Below are positions 50,601 to 64,000 of a stretch of 64,000 nt of DNA, piece after piece. This DNA comes from Octopus vulgaris. Taxonomy: Eukaryota. The DNA lies in NCBI GenBank assembly GCA_951406725.2, contig OX597822.1, forward strand, positions 77,562,001 to 77,626,000, written 5' to 3'. Positions within the stretch are counted from its first letter, which is position 1; each line of letters starts with the position of its first letter. The notes under the pieces were generated by a model, which did not search any database, had not been told where the DNA came from, and saw only the letters and a list, made by a program, of their open reading frames with translations. A program made the position numbers and the translations under genes.

Positions 50601-51561
50601 TATTTCATATTAATTTGGAATTTGGAATTCAAATAGTAACTGTATACTGTTTCATAAGTCTGTTTATGCATGCATCTTGTCCAGAATGGTTCACAGAGTA
50701 CGACCTTTTCCTGAAACATGATATTGTTGCCAAAACTATTATGTTTTCCATATAAAGTAATATCCTGACAATCATAGCAAAGGCACTCTAGGATTAGAAT
50801 GTTTCTCTGCCTCTAAAAATCGGAATATTGGTTGAGCATTCCAAAAATATAAGCAGCTGTCAGATGCAAACACAACTCAGCTAATATTATTTTATGGCAA
50901 AGAAAGTGAAAAGCAGATATACACTGTTGTGGAGGCCAGCTGTCAAGTGTATGGAGATGTCATATCTAAAGTTGTGGGGAAAGAAAACAACTTAGGGTGA
51001 ACTACAGCAGAAATTACAGCTCCTCTGACCTGGAGATAGATTCTCAAAACCACAGGCGTGGCTTTATCATTAACAAGTTTGCTTCCCAATCACATGGTTC
51101 CAGGTTCAGTTCCACTGTGTGGCAGCTTGGGCAAGTGCTTCCTACTATAGTACTGGGCTGACCAAAACCTTGAGACAGAAGAAACCTGTAGCCTGGGCCA
51201 ATTTTTGGCTGAAGCATATCTAAGTTTTGTGTGTGTGTCTGTGTATGTATGCATGTGCATGTGTGTATATGTTCCCGTAACTCAGTGGCTCAACAAGAGT
51301 CACTGATAAAATAAGTTCAACTAAAGCCTTCAGTGTTGTATCCCATAGTTGTTATTATGTTAAATTGCTGTATGTCCAAAATATTTATTTTTGCTTGCAA
51401 CAGCCAGTTCTTTCGGTCAAACTATTGTATCTCCAGCTGCTTCAGATGCGAAGATATGAAAATAGTCGTGTAGTACAACAGTTTTGCTATGGAATGGTGA
51501 AACTATTTTTTCATTTTCTGAAAAAGCAATATTTTGGACTTAAGACACTTTTGCATAATAG

Positions 51562-51623
<62 letters not shown>

Positions 51624-51842
51624 TATATAAAATCTCTCTTGTCTCCTTTCAACTGATCATTCCTCCCAACCTTCTAGTAGTTCATAACAACTGAACATTC
51701 TGAATATTCTTCAATCAGGTGATAAACTCTACTACCTTAATGTTCTTAAAATTTAAATCGACATCTTCGTTTATATATCTACCTTCTCTATAATGTTATC
51801 AATTGATATGAAAATTATGTATTAATGGAAAACCTCTATTAA

Positions 51843-51926
51843 TGGCTGATGATTGCTCAACATTTTAAAACTGTTGTAATACTTACAACATTTAATTAAA
51901 TGATGTAGCGTGAAACGATCGTACCA
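51843..51926 (+). ncRNA. Type I hammerhead ribozyme related to the 7181 family
   Basis: UGG-CUGAUGA-U UGCU...AGCG U-GAAAC GAUC GUA/CCA, with the same TTCTTGTTGCTTATTTTG tail before (TA)n. Confidence 0.65.
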
Positions 51927-52284
51927 AATTACCGAAATTATTCTTGTTGCTTATTTTGATTATATATATATATATAGTTCACGGATGAGATCCAGAAATT
52001 CTTCATATAGGTGACACTTAGTTGTGCTGAAAAGATTCAAACTTAGACATTGATGTCTTTACAGGGGATCAAGGTAAGGAAAGGTCATAAGAGGGATCAA
52101 GTTGAGCAGATATAGAGGTGATTGTGCAAAAAAACAAATTAAAAAACATCAAATATATTAATTTATTAGATACATCAAAATTTAATATATTTGATGTGTC
52201 TAATTTGTTTATTTACATAATTGCCCCCCTCTCTCTCTCTATCTCTCTCTTTAGATATATATATATATATATACTCTCTCTTTT

Positions 52285-52690
52285 TTTCTCTTTTACTTGT
52301 TTCAGTCATTTGACTGCGGCCATGCTGGAGCACCGCCTTTAGTCGAGCAAATTGTCCCCAGGACTTATTCTTTGTAAGCCCAGTACTTATTCTATCGGTT
52401 CTTTTGCCGAACCGCTAAGTGACGGGGACGTAAACACACCAGCATCGGTTGTCAAGCAATGCTAGGGGGACAAACACAGACATACAAACACATATACACA
52501 CACACATATATATATATATACATATATACGACAGGCTTCTTTCAGTTTCCATCTACCAAATCCACTCACAAGGCATTGGTCGGCCCGGGGCTATAGCAGA
52601 AGACACTAGCCCAAGATGCCACGCAGTGGGACTGAACCCGGAACCATGTGGTTGGTTAGCAAGCTACTTACCACACAGCCACTCCTGCGT
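52285..52690 (-). mobile_element. SINE family A (young, CpG-rich copy)
   Basis: Homologous to 1602-2015. Confidence 0.8.
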
Positions 52691-52713
52691 ATATATATAT
52701 ATATACAATCACG

Positions 52714-52786
52714 TGTAAATCACATCTGTAAATCACATCTGTAAATCACATCTGTAAATCACATCTGTAAATCACATCTGTAAATC
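52714..52786. repeat. 13-bp minisatellite (TGTAAATCACATC)x5.5
   Basis: Direct inspection. Confidence 0.9.
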
Positions 52787-53093
52787 TCATGCACATGCAT
52801 GCTTACACATAAAGTAATCACACAAGCACATACACAGATTTGCTGGGAAAGTACATACACTTTTTACAGAAGTTCAACCGTATGCACACATACACCTCCC
52901 TATCTGTTAACGTACAGATTCACAAGTCAATCCGGAACTGCCTACATTCAAACAAAGAAAGCTTATTATTTTGTTAGCTTTCGGCTTAAATTCTGCAAAG
53001 AACGTAAGTCTGACACAAAACACCCATACACGTAAGTGTGCATATAACTTCCACTGCATATATATCATATTCACATGATATCAGTGTGAATAA

Positions 53094-53136
<43 letters not shown>

Positions 53137-53152
53137 TGTGTGTGTGTATATA

Positions 53153-53388
53153 TAGGGTGTTCAAAAAGTCTTCACGCAGAAAGTACTTAATGGTTTTCGG
53201 GCAATTCTCATACACTGATCCTTTATTTGCTCCCCAGATGAAAAAAAGTCTGGTGGTATTAAATCAGGTGATTTTGGTGGCCAAAGTCCCTTTGAAATAA
53301 TCCGTTCACTGAAAAACTCTTGAAGTAGTGCCATAGTGATGCGCAGGATGAAAAAAATTCACTGTGGAGAGACTTTTTGAACACCCTG
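53153..53388. mobile_element. Tc1-type MITE
   Basis: TIRs AGGGTGTTCAAAAAGTCT / AGACTTTTTGAACACCCT. Confidence 0.7.
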
Positions 53389-53456
53389 TGTGTATGTATG
53401 TATGTATCTATGTATGTATATATATATATATATATATGCATGCATGTATTTATGTT

Positions 53457-53510
<54 letters not shown>

Positions 53511-54537
53511 CATATACATATATATGTGTGTTTGTGTGTGCATTTATATATATATGTGTGTGTGTATGTGTGTTTTCTGCAATTACTTGGTAAATGGTGC
53601 CGAATTTTACACTTCTGTAAATAATAATCCTTTCTACTAGAGGTGCAAGGCCTGAAGTTTGGCCGAGGGGGATAAGCGATTACATCACCTCCAGTATTTT
53701 ACTGGTAGTTAATCTATCGACCTCGAAAGGATGAAAAGCAAAGTTGACCTCCGCACTGTTGCGGAATTTGAATACAACATTATGACAGGTGAAATACCGC
53801 TAAACATTTTTGTCACCACCTTACCCTCTGTAAATAATGATAATAATAATAATATTTATAAGCTTAAATCTTATAAGCGATCACTGTGCATTGACTGAAG
53901 CAAATAGTCTAATATATGCCCCAATATTTTACTATTTACCTTAGTCAATGCACAATGATCACTTATAAGCTTTAGCTTGTAAACATTATTATTATTATTT
54001 ACAGAAGACACACACACACACACAAATATGTTAAAGGAGACACAAGCACTTTCACACAGATGTATATACACATTGGGAACTTCCGCTTACCAAATCCATT
54101 CATAAACCTTCAGCTGGCTAAGGGCAGTAGCTGAAGACACTTGCCCACAGTTCCATATTGTGGGACTGAACCCCAAACTATATTGTTGAGAAGCAAGCTT
54201 CCTAACTGCAACGCCATACCTGTATATGTATACAGACAATATATATATATATATATATATACGATGGACTCTCCCATCGTTAGATGACGTATGAGGGCTC
54301 GACAGTTTATAGTGATCAAATGTCTGTGTACACATAAGCTCACTTCCTCCATCAGATTGACATTACCTGTACAGGTGCAATGGGTGCCACATGTCGAAAT
54401 GATCGCAGAGCAATGTGAAATGAAGTGCTTTGCTCAAGAACACGATGCAGTGCCTGGTCTGGGAATCGAAACCACGATTTCTCAATTGTGAGTGCAACAC
54501 CTTAACCACTAAGCCATGCACCTTCACAATATATATA

Positions 54538-54607
<70 letters not shown>

Positions 54608-54764
54608 TGTAGTGCAATATATGGATAAATATGGAATCCTGTGGCAATCACATGCAAAACAAATTATTACTGCATGTTAAATGCTGCAAAATGGCCATAA
54701 TCCTACTGATATCAAATTGTTAAATAAATATATTCACCTTTTATACCTCCTGACTTTTGATGTC

Positions 54765-54798
<34 letters not shown>

Positions 54799-54889
54799 GC
54801 CATAAAAAGTCTCATCATGTCAGAACGTTGAACTCTGCGCATTTTTTTTTTTCTTTCTCTATTTCTTTTCATTTTCTTTCGATTTTTTT

Positions 54890-55030
54890 TTCCTCTTAAT
54901 CTTTTCTGTTGTAGAGGGTAGGCTCGAAGCATAAAAGAATTTTCCATTCTTCCCAAGTATTAAGCTAATACATCTGCTTGTTGTTCATACATCTGTCTTT
55001 GTCTTTTGTTTGCTGTAAATTTGAACTATA
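54890..55030 (+). mobile_element. Neptune-like PLE 3' end with a degenerate hammerhead (54901-54937)
   Basis: CTTTTCTGTTGTAGAGGGTAGGCTCGAAGCATAAAAG plus a tail similar to the reverse complement of 42662-42760, ending in (TA)n. Confidence 0.6.
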
Positions 55031-55035
55031 TATAA

Positions 55036-55076
<41 letters not shown>

Positions 55077-55369
55077 CACATACACATACATGCATGTATG
55101 TCATCATTTTTTAACTCCTACTTTTCCACATTTGCATGTGGCAGGGAAAGTGTTGTGAAAGAGGATTTTCTGCAGCTGGATGCCCTTACTGCTGCCAACC
55201 CACACTTGCTTCCTAGTAAGGTAATATTTCCCCATGACCTGACATGTGTTTCACACATAACTTGGACCAAAACACTCAGTTTGCAGACAGAGACATTCAT
55301 TTTCAATTATCACATTCTGTCAACGCCATAGAAACACAAACACACAAGTGCACACACACAAATAAATAA

Positions 55370-55417
<48 letters not shown>

Positions 55418-55905
55418 AGGCACGTGGCCTAGTGGTTTGAGCAGCGGACTCACGGTCGAGGGATCGAGGATGATGCGCATGTTTATGAGCGAAACACCCA
55501 AGCCCCACTCAGCTCCGACAGAAGGTAATGGCGAACTTCTGCTAACTCTTTCGCCACAACTTTCTCTCACCCTTTTCCTCCTGCATCTTGCAGCTCACCT
55601 GCGACAGATTGGCGTCCCGTCCAGATGGGAAACCTATACCCTGGGCATACATATGCAAGCATATTATGCTCATAGGATACAGGCAATATCAAAATTAAGC
55701 AAGTGTTTTGCAGGAATCAAATTTAAATTAAGCAGAAAATGGAGAAAATTCTTGATCAATAAACAAATTGACTATCATCAATTATTATATTTTAATAGAA
55801 AACTTTTTGTATTAAAATATAATAATTGATGATAGTCAATTGTTGTTCATCAAGATTTCTCCATTTTCAGCTTAATTTAAATGCATCATCATCATCATCG
55901 TTTAA

Positions 55906-56991
55906 CCCTTTTGATACCAAACCGGCCAAAGCTGCCCGAAAAAAATTTTGGTTAATGTGACCAAACCGCCCAAACCCGCCCGAATTTACCTATTCATATT
56001 TAAATGAGAATATCAGAGCAAATCTCTTTAGTACATTTGTGAAAACACGTCATTATGCTTTGTAAAGAGTTCATCTACAGTTTTGTACAAAGATCAACGT
56101 GTAATTTTAATTCCCTGAATTTTGGGAGATTTTTTTTCCACATTTTTTTCGGCATCGATTTTTCTTCAACTTTGAAAATAGATAGGAGTTTCATGTTATC
56201 AAGCATTGATTCCGAATTGGAAAATTTGTGAAACAAATACTGGGTACTGTTGTGGATTTAGTTTTTATACAGGGAAACTAATGTTAGTCAGCATGGCTTA
56301 GGGTATGATGTGGTTTGGAAGTTATTGTTTGAAGCGATCAATGCGGAAACAAACTTACGCAGATTGTAAACAAACACAAAGTGGGGGGTTCAAATTTCGG
56401 AAAATTTGTGAAGCAAATACTGGGTACTGCATGGATTTAGTTTTTATACAGGGAAAATAATGTTAGTCAGCATGGCCTAGGGAACGATGTGGTCTGGAAT
56501 TTATCACTTCCATACCATAACCTGAGCCGTATATTATTTTTTGACCGATTTCTTTAGTTCGGTCAAACTTACAGTGGATTCCAATATTTCAGTTTATTCC
56601 ACCTTTATGGTACACCTGTTGTGCATTAAATTCAACTGATGATATAGTAATGTGCACAATTCTTCTTTATCAAAATTTTGTTGCATACCCATTTGAATAT
56701 TAGCTGATGATTCATTTTCTATGGTGATGTTTAAACAAAATTTTAATATTTTTACGTTTTGCTCAATTTACCTGGATTTACCTGTAATTAAAGTCACTTT
56801 GAGACAAAAGTTACGCAATAGAATTGATTAAGAACCCTTTCTTTAATTATGTTCCAAATATCACATTAATATGTTGATAAGTAAAAAAGTTACAGTTATT
56901 TAATGAAACAAGCCTAGATTCATGATTATTTTAGAATTTAATTGAAACTCATGAGGGGTGTATTTTGGTCAGAAATATAGTAACGAAAGGG
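55906..56991. mobile_element. piggyBac-type non-autonomous DNA transposon (1.09 kb) nested in a family B retroposon
   Basis: TTAA|CCCTTTTGATACC ... GTAACGAAAGGG|TTCA. There is an internal ~105-bp direct repeat (about 56220 and 56400). The host element resumes after 56995. Confidence 0.75.
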
Positions 56992-57393
56992 TTCATCCGT
57001 TACGATGCTAGCATGGGTTGGACGGGATGACTGGGGTCTGGGAAGTCAGGAGACTGCACCAGGTTCCACTCTGATCTGCCTGTGTTTCTACAGCTGGATG
57101 CCCTTCCTAATGCCAACCACTCCGTGAATGTAGTGGGTGCTGATCCTTATGTGCCTGCGGCACAGGGGCCAGAGGGAGCTCCCATCGATCACAATTAGAT
57201 GGTGCTTTTTACATGCCACCGGCACAGGGGCCAGAGGGAGCTGTCATTGACCACATTCACATAGTGCTTTTTATGTGCCACTGGCACGGGGATCACAACT
57301 ACAATTTTCATTTGATTGTGATTTGATTTGATTTTGATGTACTTGACTCAGTAGTTCTCCTCAAATGTGAATTTGTGTATTGAAGCATATTTT

Positions 57394-57808
57394 ATTGTGT
57401 TTGGGGAGAGTCATTCTCTTTTACTGCCTTATTATTTAACACACTCACTGGTTCAGTTTCCACTTATTTATTTTTTTCTAAAATTTTCGTTGGGCCTTGC
57501 AAACTTTTCAGTAGTCGTTGACTCTGCCTGTTATTCCAAACTGCATTCTGTTTGTTTGGTTGTAGGTTCATGCACAACAGACTTACCACCATGCCACACA
57601 CCTTCACATATATGCACATGAACGTACAAACAAACAAAAAGAATGCAGTTTGGATAACAGACAGAGTCAACAACTATTGAAAAGGTTGCAAGATGCAACG
57701 AAAACTTTAGGAAAAATAAATAAATAAATAAATAAATGAGTGGAAATTGAACCAGTGTGTGTGTTAAATAATAAGGTACTAAAAGAGAATTACTCTCCCC
57801 AGACACAA
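57394..57808. repeat. Long imperfect inverted repeat (arms ~180 bp)
   Basis: ATTGTGTTTGGGGAGAGTCATTCTC... / ...GAGAATTACTCTCCCCAGACACAAT. Confidence 0.8.
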
Positions 57809-57841
57809 TGCTATGTGTATATATATATATATATATATATT

Positions 57842-58270
57842 CTTTTATTTTTTAACTTGTTTCAGTCATTTGACTGTGGCCATGCTGTAGCACCGCCTTT
57901 AGTCAAGCAAATCGACCCAGGACTTATTCTTTGTAAACCTAGTACTTATTGCTCTCTTTTGGCGAACCGCTAAGTTACAGAGATGTAAACACACCAGCAT
58001 TGGTTGTCAAGCGATGTTGGTGGGACAAACACAGAAACACAAACATATATACACACATATACACACATACACATACACACATGCACATACACACACGCAC
58101 ACACAAGATGGGGTTCTTTCATTTTCTGTCTACCAAATCCACTCACAAGGCTTTGGTTGGTCCGAGGCTATAATAGAAGACTCTTGCCCAAGGTGCCACG
58201 CAGTGGGTCTGAACCCAGAACCATGTGGTTCGTAAGTAAACTACTTACCTCACAGCCACTTCTGTGCCTA
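57842..58270 (-). mobile_element. SINE family A
   Basis: Homologous to 1602-2015. Confidence 0.75.
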
Positions 58271-59434
58271 TATATGTGTGTGTGTATGTGTGTATACACA
58301 CACACACACACACATATTGTACAGAATACATTCAGGCAAATGCAGAACTATTTGGTGAAGATGTTTTCTTCCCTGTCATGTTGTCTTGGGTTCTTGTCTT
58401 GTCTTTAAAAAGTGGATTTCTTACACTGAAACAGAAAGAAGCCCATTGTGTGTGTGTGTGTGTGTGTGTCTGTATGTGTGTGTGGGTGGTGGTGGCTTCC
58501 TCTTGAAATCATGTGGTGGTTGTAAATGAGCATCACCATTGTACAAGTATGTTGTTTGTTTTCCAGTCCTCCATGAAGGACCTGTCTGGCCATGGGGAAA
58601 TACTTCCATGCTTGGCAACAGGTGAGGGTTAGTGACAGAAAGAGCATCTAACTGTAGAGAATTTGCCTCAACACATTTTGTTTGATTCATGCAAGTATGG
58701 AAAAGTGGATGTGAAATTATGAGACACATGCACAAACATATGATTGGTAGTTAAGCCAACAGGTTGCAGGAAATAGCAGCTAAATTTTTCATAGATTACA
58801 CTTTTCCAACTTGAAGAAGGAAAAGAAAATGAAACGATATCCCTAAAAAGACTGGATTGTCATAGCTGGAATCTTTTTGATCATAGATTTGTTCAACCAA
58901 GGTAGACCTGTGTCTAAACAACAACAGAAGCAGCTGCAATAAAAATTGATGCAAATAGTATTTGTAGCTGATGCTGGTGTCAGCTTCATGGAGGCAAAGT
59001 GGTTAATGCTGGTGTCAGCCTCATAGATGCAAAGTGGCTGATGCTGGTGTCATGTAAAAAGCTCCTTTCGTGTGTTGGGCCTCATGGAGGCAATGACATC
59101 TGACCAAGACCTTTCATAATATGCCATGGTTGAGAAGAAGACCCATGAAGCCTAGTGAAATTGTCATGTCAGATATTGGTGTCATGCAAATGGCAACCAT
59201 GCTGGTGGCACGTAAAAGCACCCATTACACTCTCAGAATGGTTGGCGTTAGGAAGGGCATCCAGCTGTAGAAACCATGCCAAATCAGACTGGAACCTGGT
59301 GTAGCCTGCTCAGCTTACTTGTCCTAATCAAACAGTCCAACCAACGCCAGCATGGACAACGGACATTAAATGATGATGATGATGTTGATGATATATATAT
59401 ATTCATATATATATTTTTACTCTTTCTTTTTTTA

Positions 59435-59840
59435 CTCTCTTTTACTTGTTTCAGTCATTTGACTGCAGCCATGCTGGAGCACCACCTTTAGTTGAGCAAA
59501 TTGACTTATTCTTTGTTAGCCTAGTACTTATTCTATCAGTCTCTTTTGCTGAACAGCTAATGTTACGGGGATGAAAACACACCACCATTAGTTGTCAAGT
59601 GATGCTGGGGGGGGGGACAAACACAGACACACAAACACACACACACACACATATATATATATACACATATACATATGACAGGCTTCTTTCAGTTTTTATC
59701 TACTAAATCCACTCACAAGGCTTTGGTCGGCCCAAGGTTATAGTAGAAGACACTTGCCCAAGGTGCCATGCAGTGGGAATGAACCCGGAACCATGTGGTT
59801 GGTAAGCAAGCTACTTACCACACAGCCACTCCTGTGCCTG
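59435..59840 (-). mobile_element. SINE family A
   Basis: Homologous to 1602-2015. Confidence 0.75.
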
Positions 59841-59869
59841 TGTCAACCTGAAACATGTCTCATGTGCGT

Positions 59870-59902
<33 letters not shown>

Positions 59903-60159
59903 ACATATAGTATATTTTACAAAACTAGTGCATGTTAAACACATCACACAACACACGCTAAATATAAACACAGAAACATGTCTTGTGCACATGCATACAT
60001 CTTCTACAGACGCCCATGTACATGTGGCATGTGTGTCTTTATGTCTGTCTGCCATGTATATGTTAAATATATAATTAAAAAAAAAAGCTTACCTGACCTC
60101 ACACACCTGGTATGTACATGCGTGTGTGTGTGTGTTGATAGGCAGACAAATAGATAGAT

Positions 60160-60540
60160 ACTCTTTTACTTGTTTCAGTCACTTGACTGCGGCTGTGCTG
60201 GAGCACTGCCTTTAGTCGAACAAACTGACCCCAGGACTTATTCTTTGTAAGCCTAGTACTTATTCTATTGGTCTCTTTTTGCCAAACCACTAAGTTACAG
60301 TGACGTAAACACACCAACATTGGTTGTCAAGTGATGGTGGGGGGACAAACACAGACAGGCAAATACACACACACACATACGAGCTTCTTTCAGATTTTGT
60401 CTACCAAATCCACTCACTAGGCTTTGGTCAGCCCAAGGCTATAGTAGAATACACTTGCCCAAGGTGCCAGGCAGTGGACTGAACCTGGAACCATGTGGTT
60501 GGGGAGCAAGCTTCTTACCGCAAAGCCACTCCTGCACCTA
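60160..60540 (-). mobile_element. SINE family A
   Basis: Homologous to 1602-2015. Confidence 0.75.
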
Positions 60541-60805
60541 TGATAGATTAGTTATAGGGTTCAATAGAATCTAGGCACATCAACATGTAGGACACCAGAA
60601 ATGGCTAGTAACATAGGGCTCACAGTGAGGTAAAACAACTATTATGATATAAAGTGCTGGTAGGATATTTGGTAGATACCAAATGTAAGTACCAAATGTA
60701 ATTTAACCCGTAGATCCAATTCAGGGCTAGTTCTAAGTATGAATTATGTATGGAAAAAACACTCCCACAAATGGGGTAAATTTTAAGCCAGCTTCTATTC
60801 TTTTC

Positions 60806-60843
<38 letters not shown>

Positions 60844-60896
60844 TTGTACACACACTTGATTTTACATGAACTCCACCTTGAGCCAATGGAGGAATT

Positions 60897-61105
60897 GCTA
60901 GCTAGAAATAGCAGCCAAATTTTACCTCAAATTACACGTTTATCACCTTGAGATGGTAATGTGTAATTCATGAGAAGGGACACGTTGGATAACTTCAGAA
61001 TCGGAAAGACAGTTACCAGGAAAAGGTTGGGATAACCATGGACGGAACGCTTTTGATCAAATAGATCTGCTCAACCCAGACTGACCTGAGGCTAAACAAC
61101 ATGAG
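60897..61105 (+). mobile_element. Dispersed ~200-bp repeat, family E, ending in CCTG(G/A)GGCTAAACAAC
   Basis: Starts GCTAGAAATAGCAGCCAAAT. Copies lie at about 58765-58930, 63830-64000, 7550-7720(-) and 10705-10800(-). Confidence 0.6.
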
Positions 61106-61927
61106 CAGCCAAGGGAGACCGAAGGTGATCTGTCGACATTGTAGAAGAAACAGCTTGTCTGTAAATCACACCTTACTGTCGTTAAAAAAGATACGTTTGT
61201 TTAACATAAAGTTAGGACGGATGGTTACGGCTGGAACGTCTTTGAATTTAGTTCTGCAATCATAAGAGATGCGTATATAATGATTTGTGACTCAGACACA
61301 AGGCCAGTAGTTTTGAATGGAGGGGGCTAATCAATGCAATCGACTCTGCTTTACTTTATCGACCCCGGAGGGGTGACAGACAAAGTTGACCTCAGCAAAA
61401 TTTCAACTCAGATTGTAAAAAAAAAATCACGAGATTTTTGGGCTTTTTTTGTTATTGTTTACCCCCCCCCCCCTTGTAGTGCAAATAGAGAGATATAAGG
61501 ATGAAAAAAACCTCATATTTCGCTTCGATTCCTAACATTCTGAGTTCGATTCTTGGTGGGGTTTACTTTTGGCTTTTATCTTTTCATGATCGATAAAAGT
61601 ATCTCGTATATTACTGGTGTTGATCTCGTTAATGTTTATCGATCTAAAACAAAACAAAGTTTCGGGTTTACTGCCAATACACGATGCACGTACACACGCA
61701 TACATACGTACGCGCGCTGTCTCATTGCACACTCGCAAAAGGAAAGATAAACATTCTATATACTCGCTCACATATATCTGGCTTCTTGTCAAAGCACGCT
61801 TACAAGTAGATTGTGCGCGCGCGCGTGTACAGCAGTAGGCATAATGAAAGAGATCCTGATAAAGGAGATCCGAGTTCGATTCCGCCGCGTGGAAGTCGAC
61901 CACTACTTTGCGACTGAAATTGTAGAT

Positions 61928-62158
61928 CAGTGGTTTTCAACAGGGGTCGATATGATTGTTGGGATACACAAAATTTTGTTGTTAAAATCTATGTGCTTCT
62001 GCCAGACACAAAATATTTTAACGATTTGTTTTTATACAATTCCTAAACATATTAAATTGTTAAGATATTGTAGGATTTTTTTAAACATCGAATGGTCCAC
62101 CCGAGCAAAATGGGAATTAAAGCGGGCCCATAGGTTAAAAATGGTTGAGAACCCGTTG
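61928..62158. mobile_element. hAT-like MITE
   Basis: CAGTGGTTTTCAAC...GTTGAGAACCCGTTG termini. A related copy at about 14311-14785 is interrupted by a SINE. Confidence 0.55.
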
Positions 62159-62739
62159 TTATAAAGGAAAACTGTATAGAAATCCATCGGATGGATTGTA
62201 CCCGTAACACAAAAACCCCAAACTTGTAACACTATCACGCTGGTTCCGCCTTAGAATTACGATAAGAGCACGTATGCAATAAGGGTCTGTAATATACTCG
62301 GCCACTTACACGGCAAATCAATTAGCCAGGCAGTTCGATTGATCGAACAGCTGAAAACTCGGTGTCTGAAATTCTAACCCAGATCTATTTTATTTTATAT
62401 GCTCAATATAGATAGCAAAAATTGATATAAAACAGATATACGAGCATTGGTTTGTAAAAAAAACATACGCGTGTGTGTGAGGAGTATGTGTAGAAAAAGT
62501 GTGACAATAACGGCTTGTAAATTGCGTGTACATGTGGTATATGAATATTATGTTTATATGTGAACTGTGTGTGTCTGTGTATATTTACTTGCGCCCTTTT
62601 ATCATACACACCAGGCCCTAAAACACCGAGGTATGCATAAACACAGCATGTAGAAACTCTGGCATTCGACGCACATCTTTTACCTGCAACCACAAAAACG
62701 CGCACTGTGTTCTTATGTATACATGTGCGTGCGTGTCAC

Positions 62740-63200
<461 letters not shown>

Positions 63201-64000
63201 CCAAACATCCATCCATCTACCTAATCTATCCATCTATTCACCCACCCACCCATCTATCTATCTGTCTTTCTGTCTGTTTATATATCTACCATCTAGCTTT
63301 CTGTCTATATTTGTCTCTACCTATATAACGATTTAGGTATTTATCGATTTATATATCTATATCATACAAACACACACGCACGCAAACAATCACACACATA
63401 CATATCCGTCCATCAACACCCATACACATATATATATCCATCCATAAACACACACTCCCGAGAGATGAGGGGTAGGGTTGAAACAATCCTCAGTAGCACT
63501 TCAGCGTCATTATTTCTAAACGTAACATCTATCATTATCTCTAAGACACGGCCATCAACATAGAAAGCGGTGGATTTAGCAGCATCGTTAAAACGTCGTC
63601 GCCAAAGGCCTTGCGGTAGCATTTCGCTGCGACATTTTATGCTCCGAGTTCAAATCCCGCTGAGACTAACCTTACCTTACATCTCTTTGGGATCGATAAA
63701 TTAAAGTAGCAATCATGTAGTTGGTCAATTTAATATACCTGTAAGGTATCCAACAGGTGAATGGAAGAACGACAGAAGACTAAAACCAAAGCTAACATCA
63801 TATATAACTAGAGACGTGGTCCCGGAAAATGCTAGAAATAACGGCCAAATTTCCTTCAAATCACACTTGCGTTCTTCAAAAATTGTAGGGCACATTGGCT
63901 AATGTAGTCTTTTGGTATATTGAATAAAAGAGACGGCATGGTTGGAACGTCTTGATTACAGGTCTACTCGATCATCACCAACTTGGGGATAAATAACCAG

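Overview
AT-rich, microsatellite-laden eukaryotic non-coding DNA. The SINE repertoire looks like that of a coleoid cephalopod, most likely Octopus (inference from repeat families). No host protein-coding gene can be supported, and almost all listed ORFs are (TA)n/(CA)n/(TCTA)n artefacts. The window holds several tRNA-derived SINE families, 5'-truncated CR1-like and RTE-like LINE fragments, a mariner relic, Tc1/piggyBac/hAT-type MITEs, and two 5'-truncated Penelope-like elements (PLEs) with intact GIY-YIG endonuclease ORFs (Naiad-like 41234-42034 +, Neptune-like 43565-44246 -). The main unexplained structure is a hammerhead ribozyme (HHR) system. A near-perfect 359-bp tandem array (45184-46905) ends in an inverted arm (46906-47094). 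Each unit carries a minimal type I hammerhead on the minus strand, so it looks like a non-autonomous retrozyme/circRNA element. Each unit also has a second hammerhead-like core overlapping it on the plus strand. A diverged relative forms a head-to-head palindrome at 40170-40494 with covarying hairpins and homologous ends. More than a dozen other minimal or variant hammerheads are scattered through the window in PLE-derived 3' ends. All folds were done by eye, and none of the ribozymes has been shown to be active.
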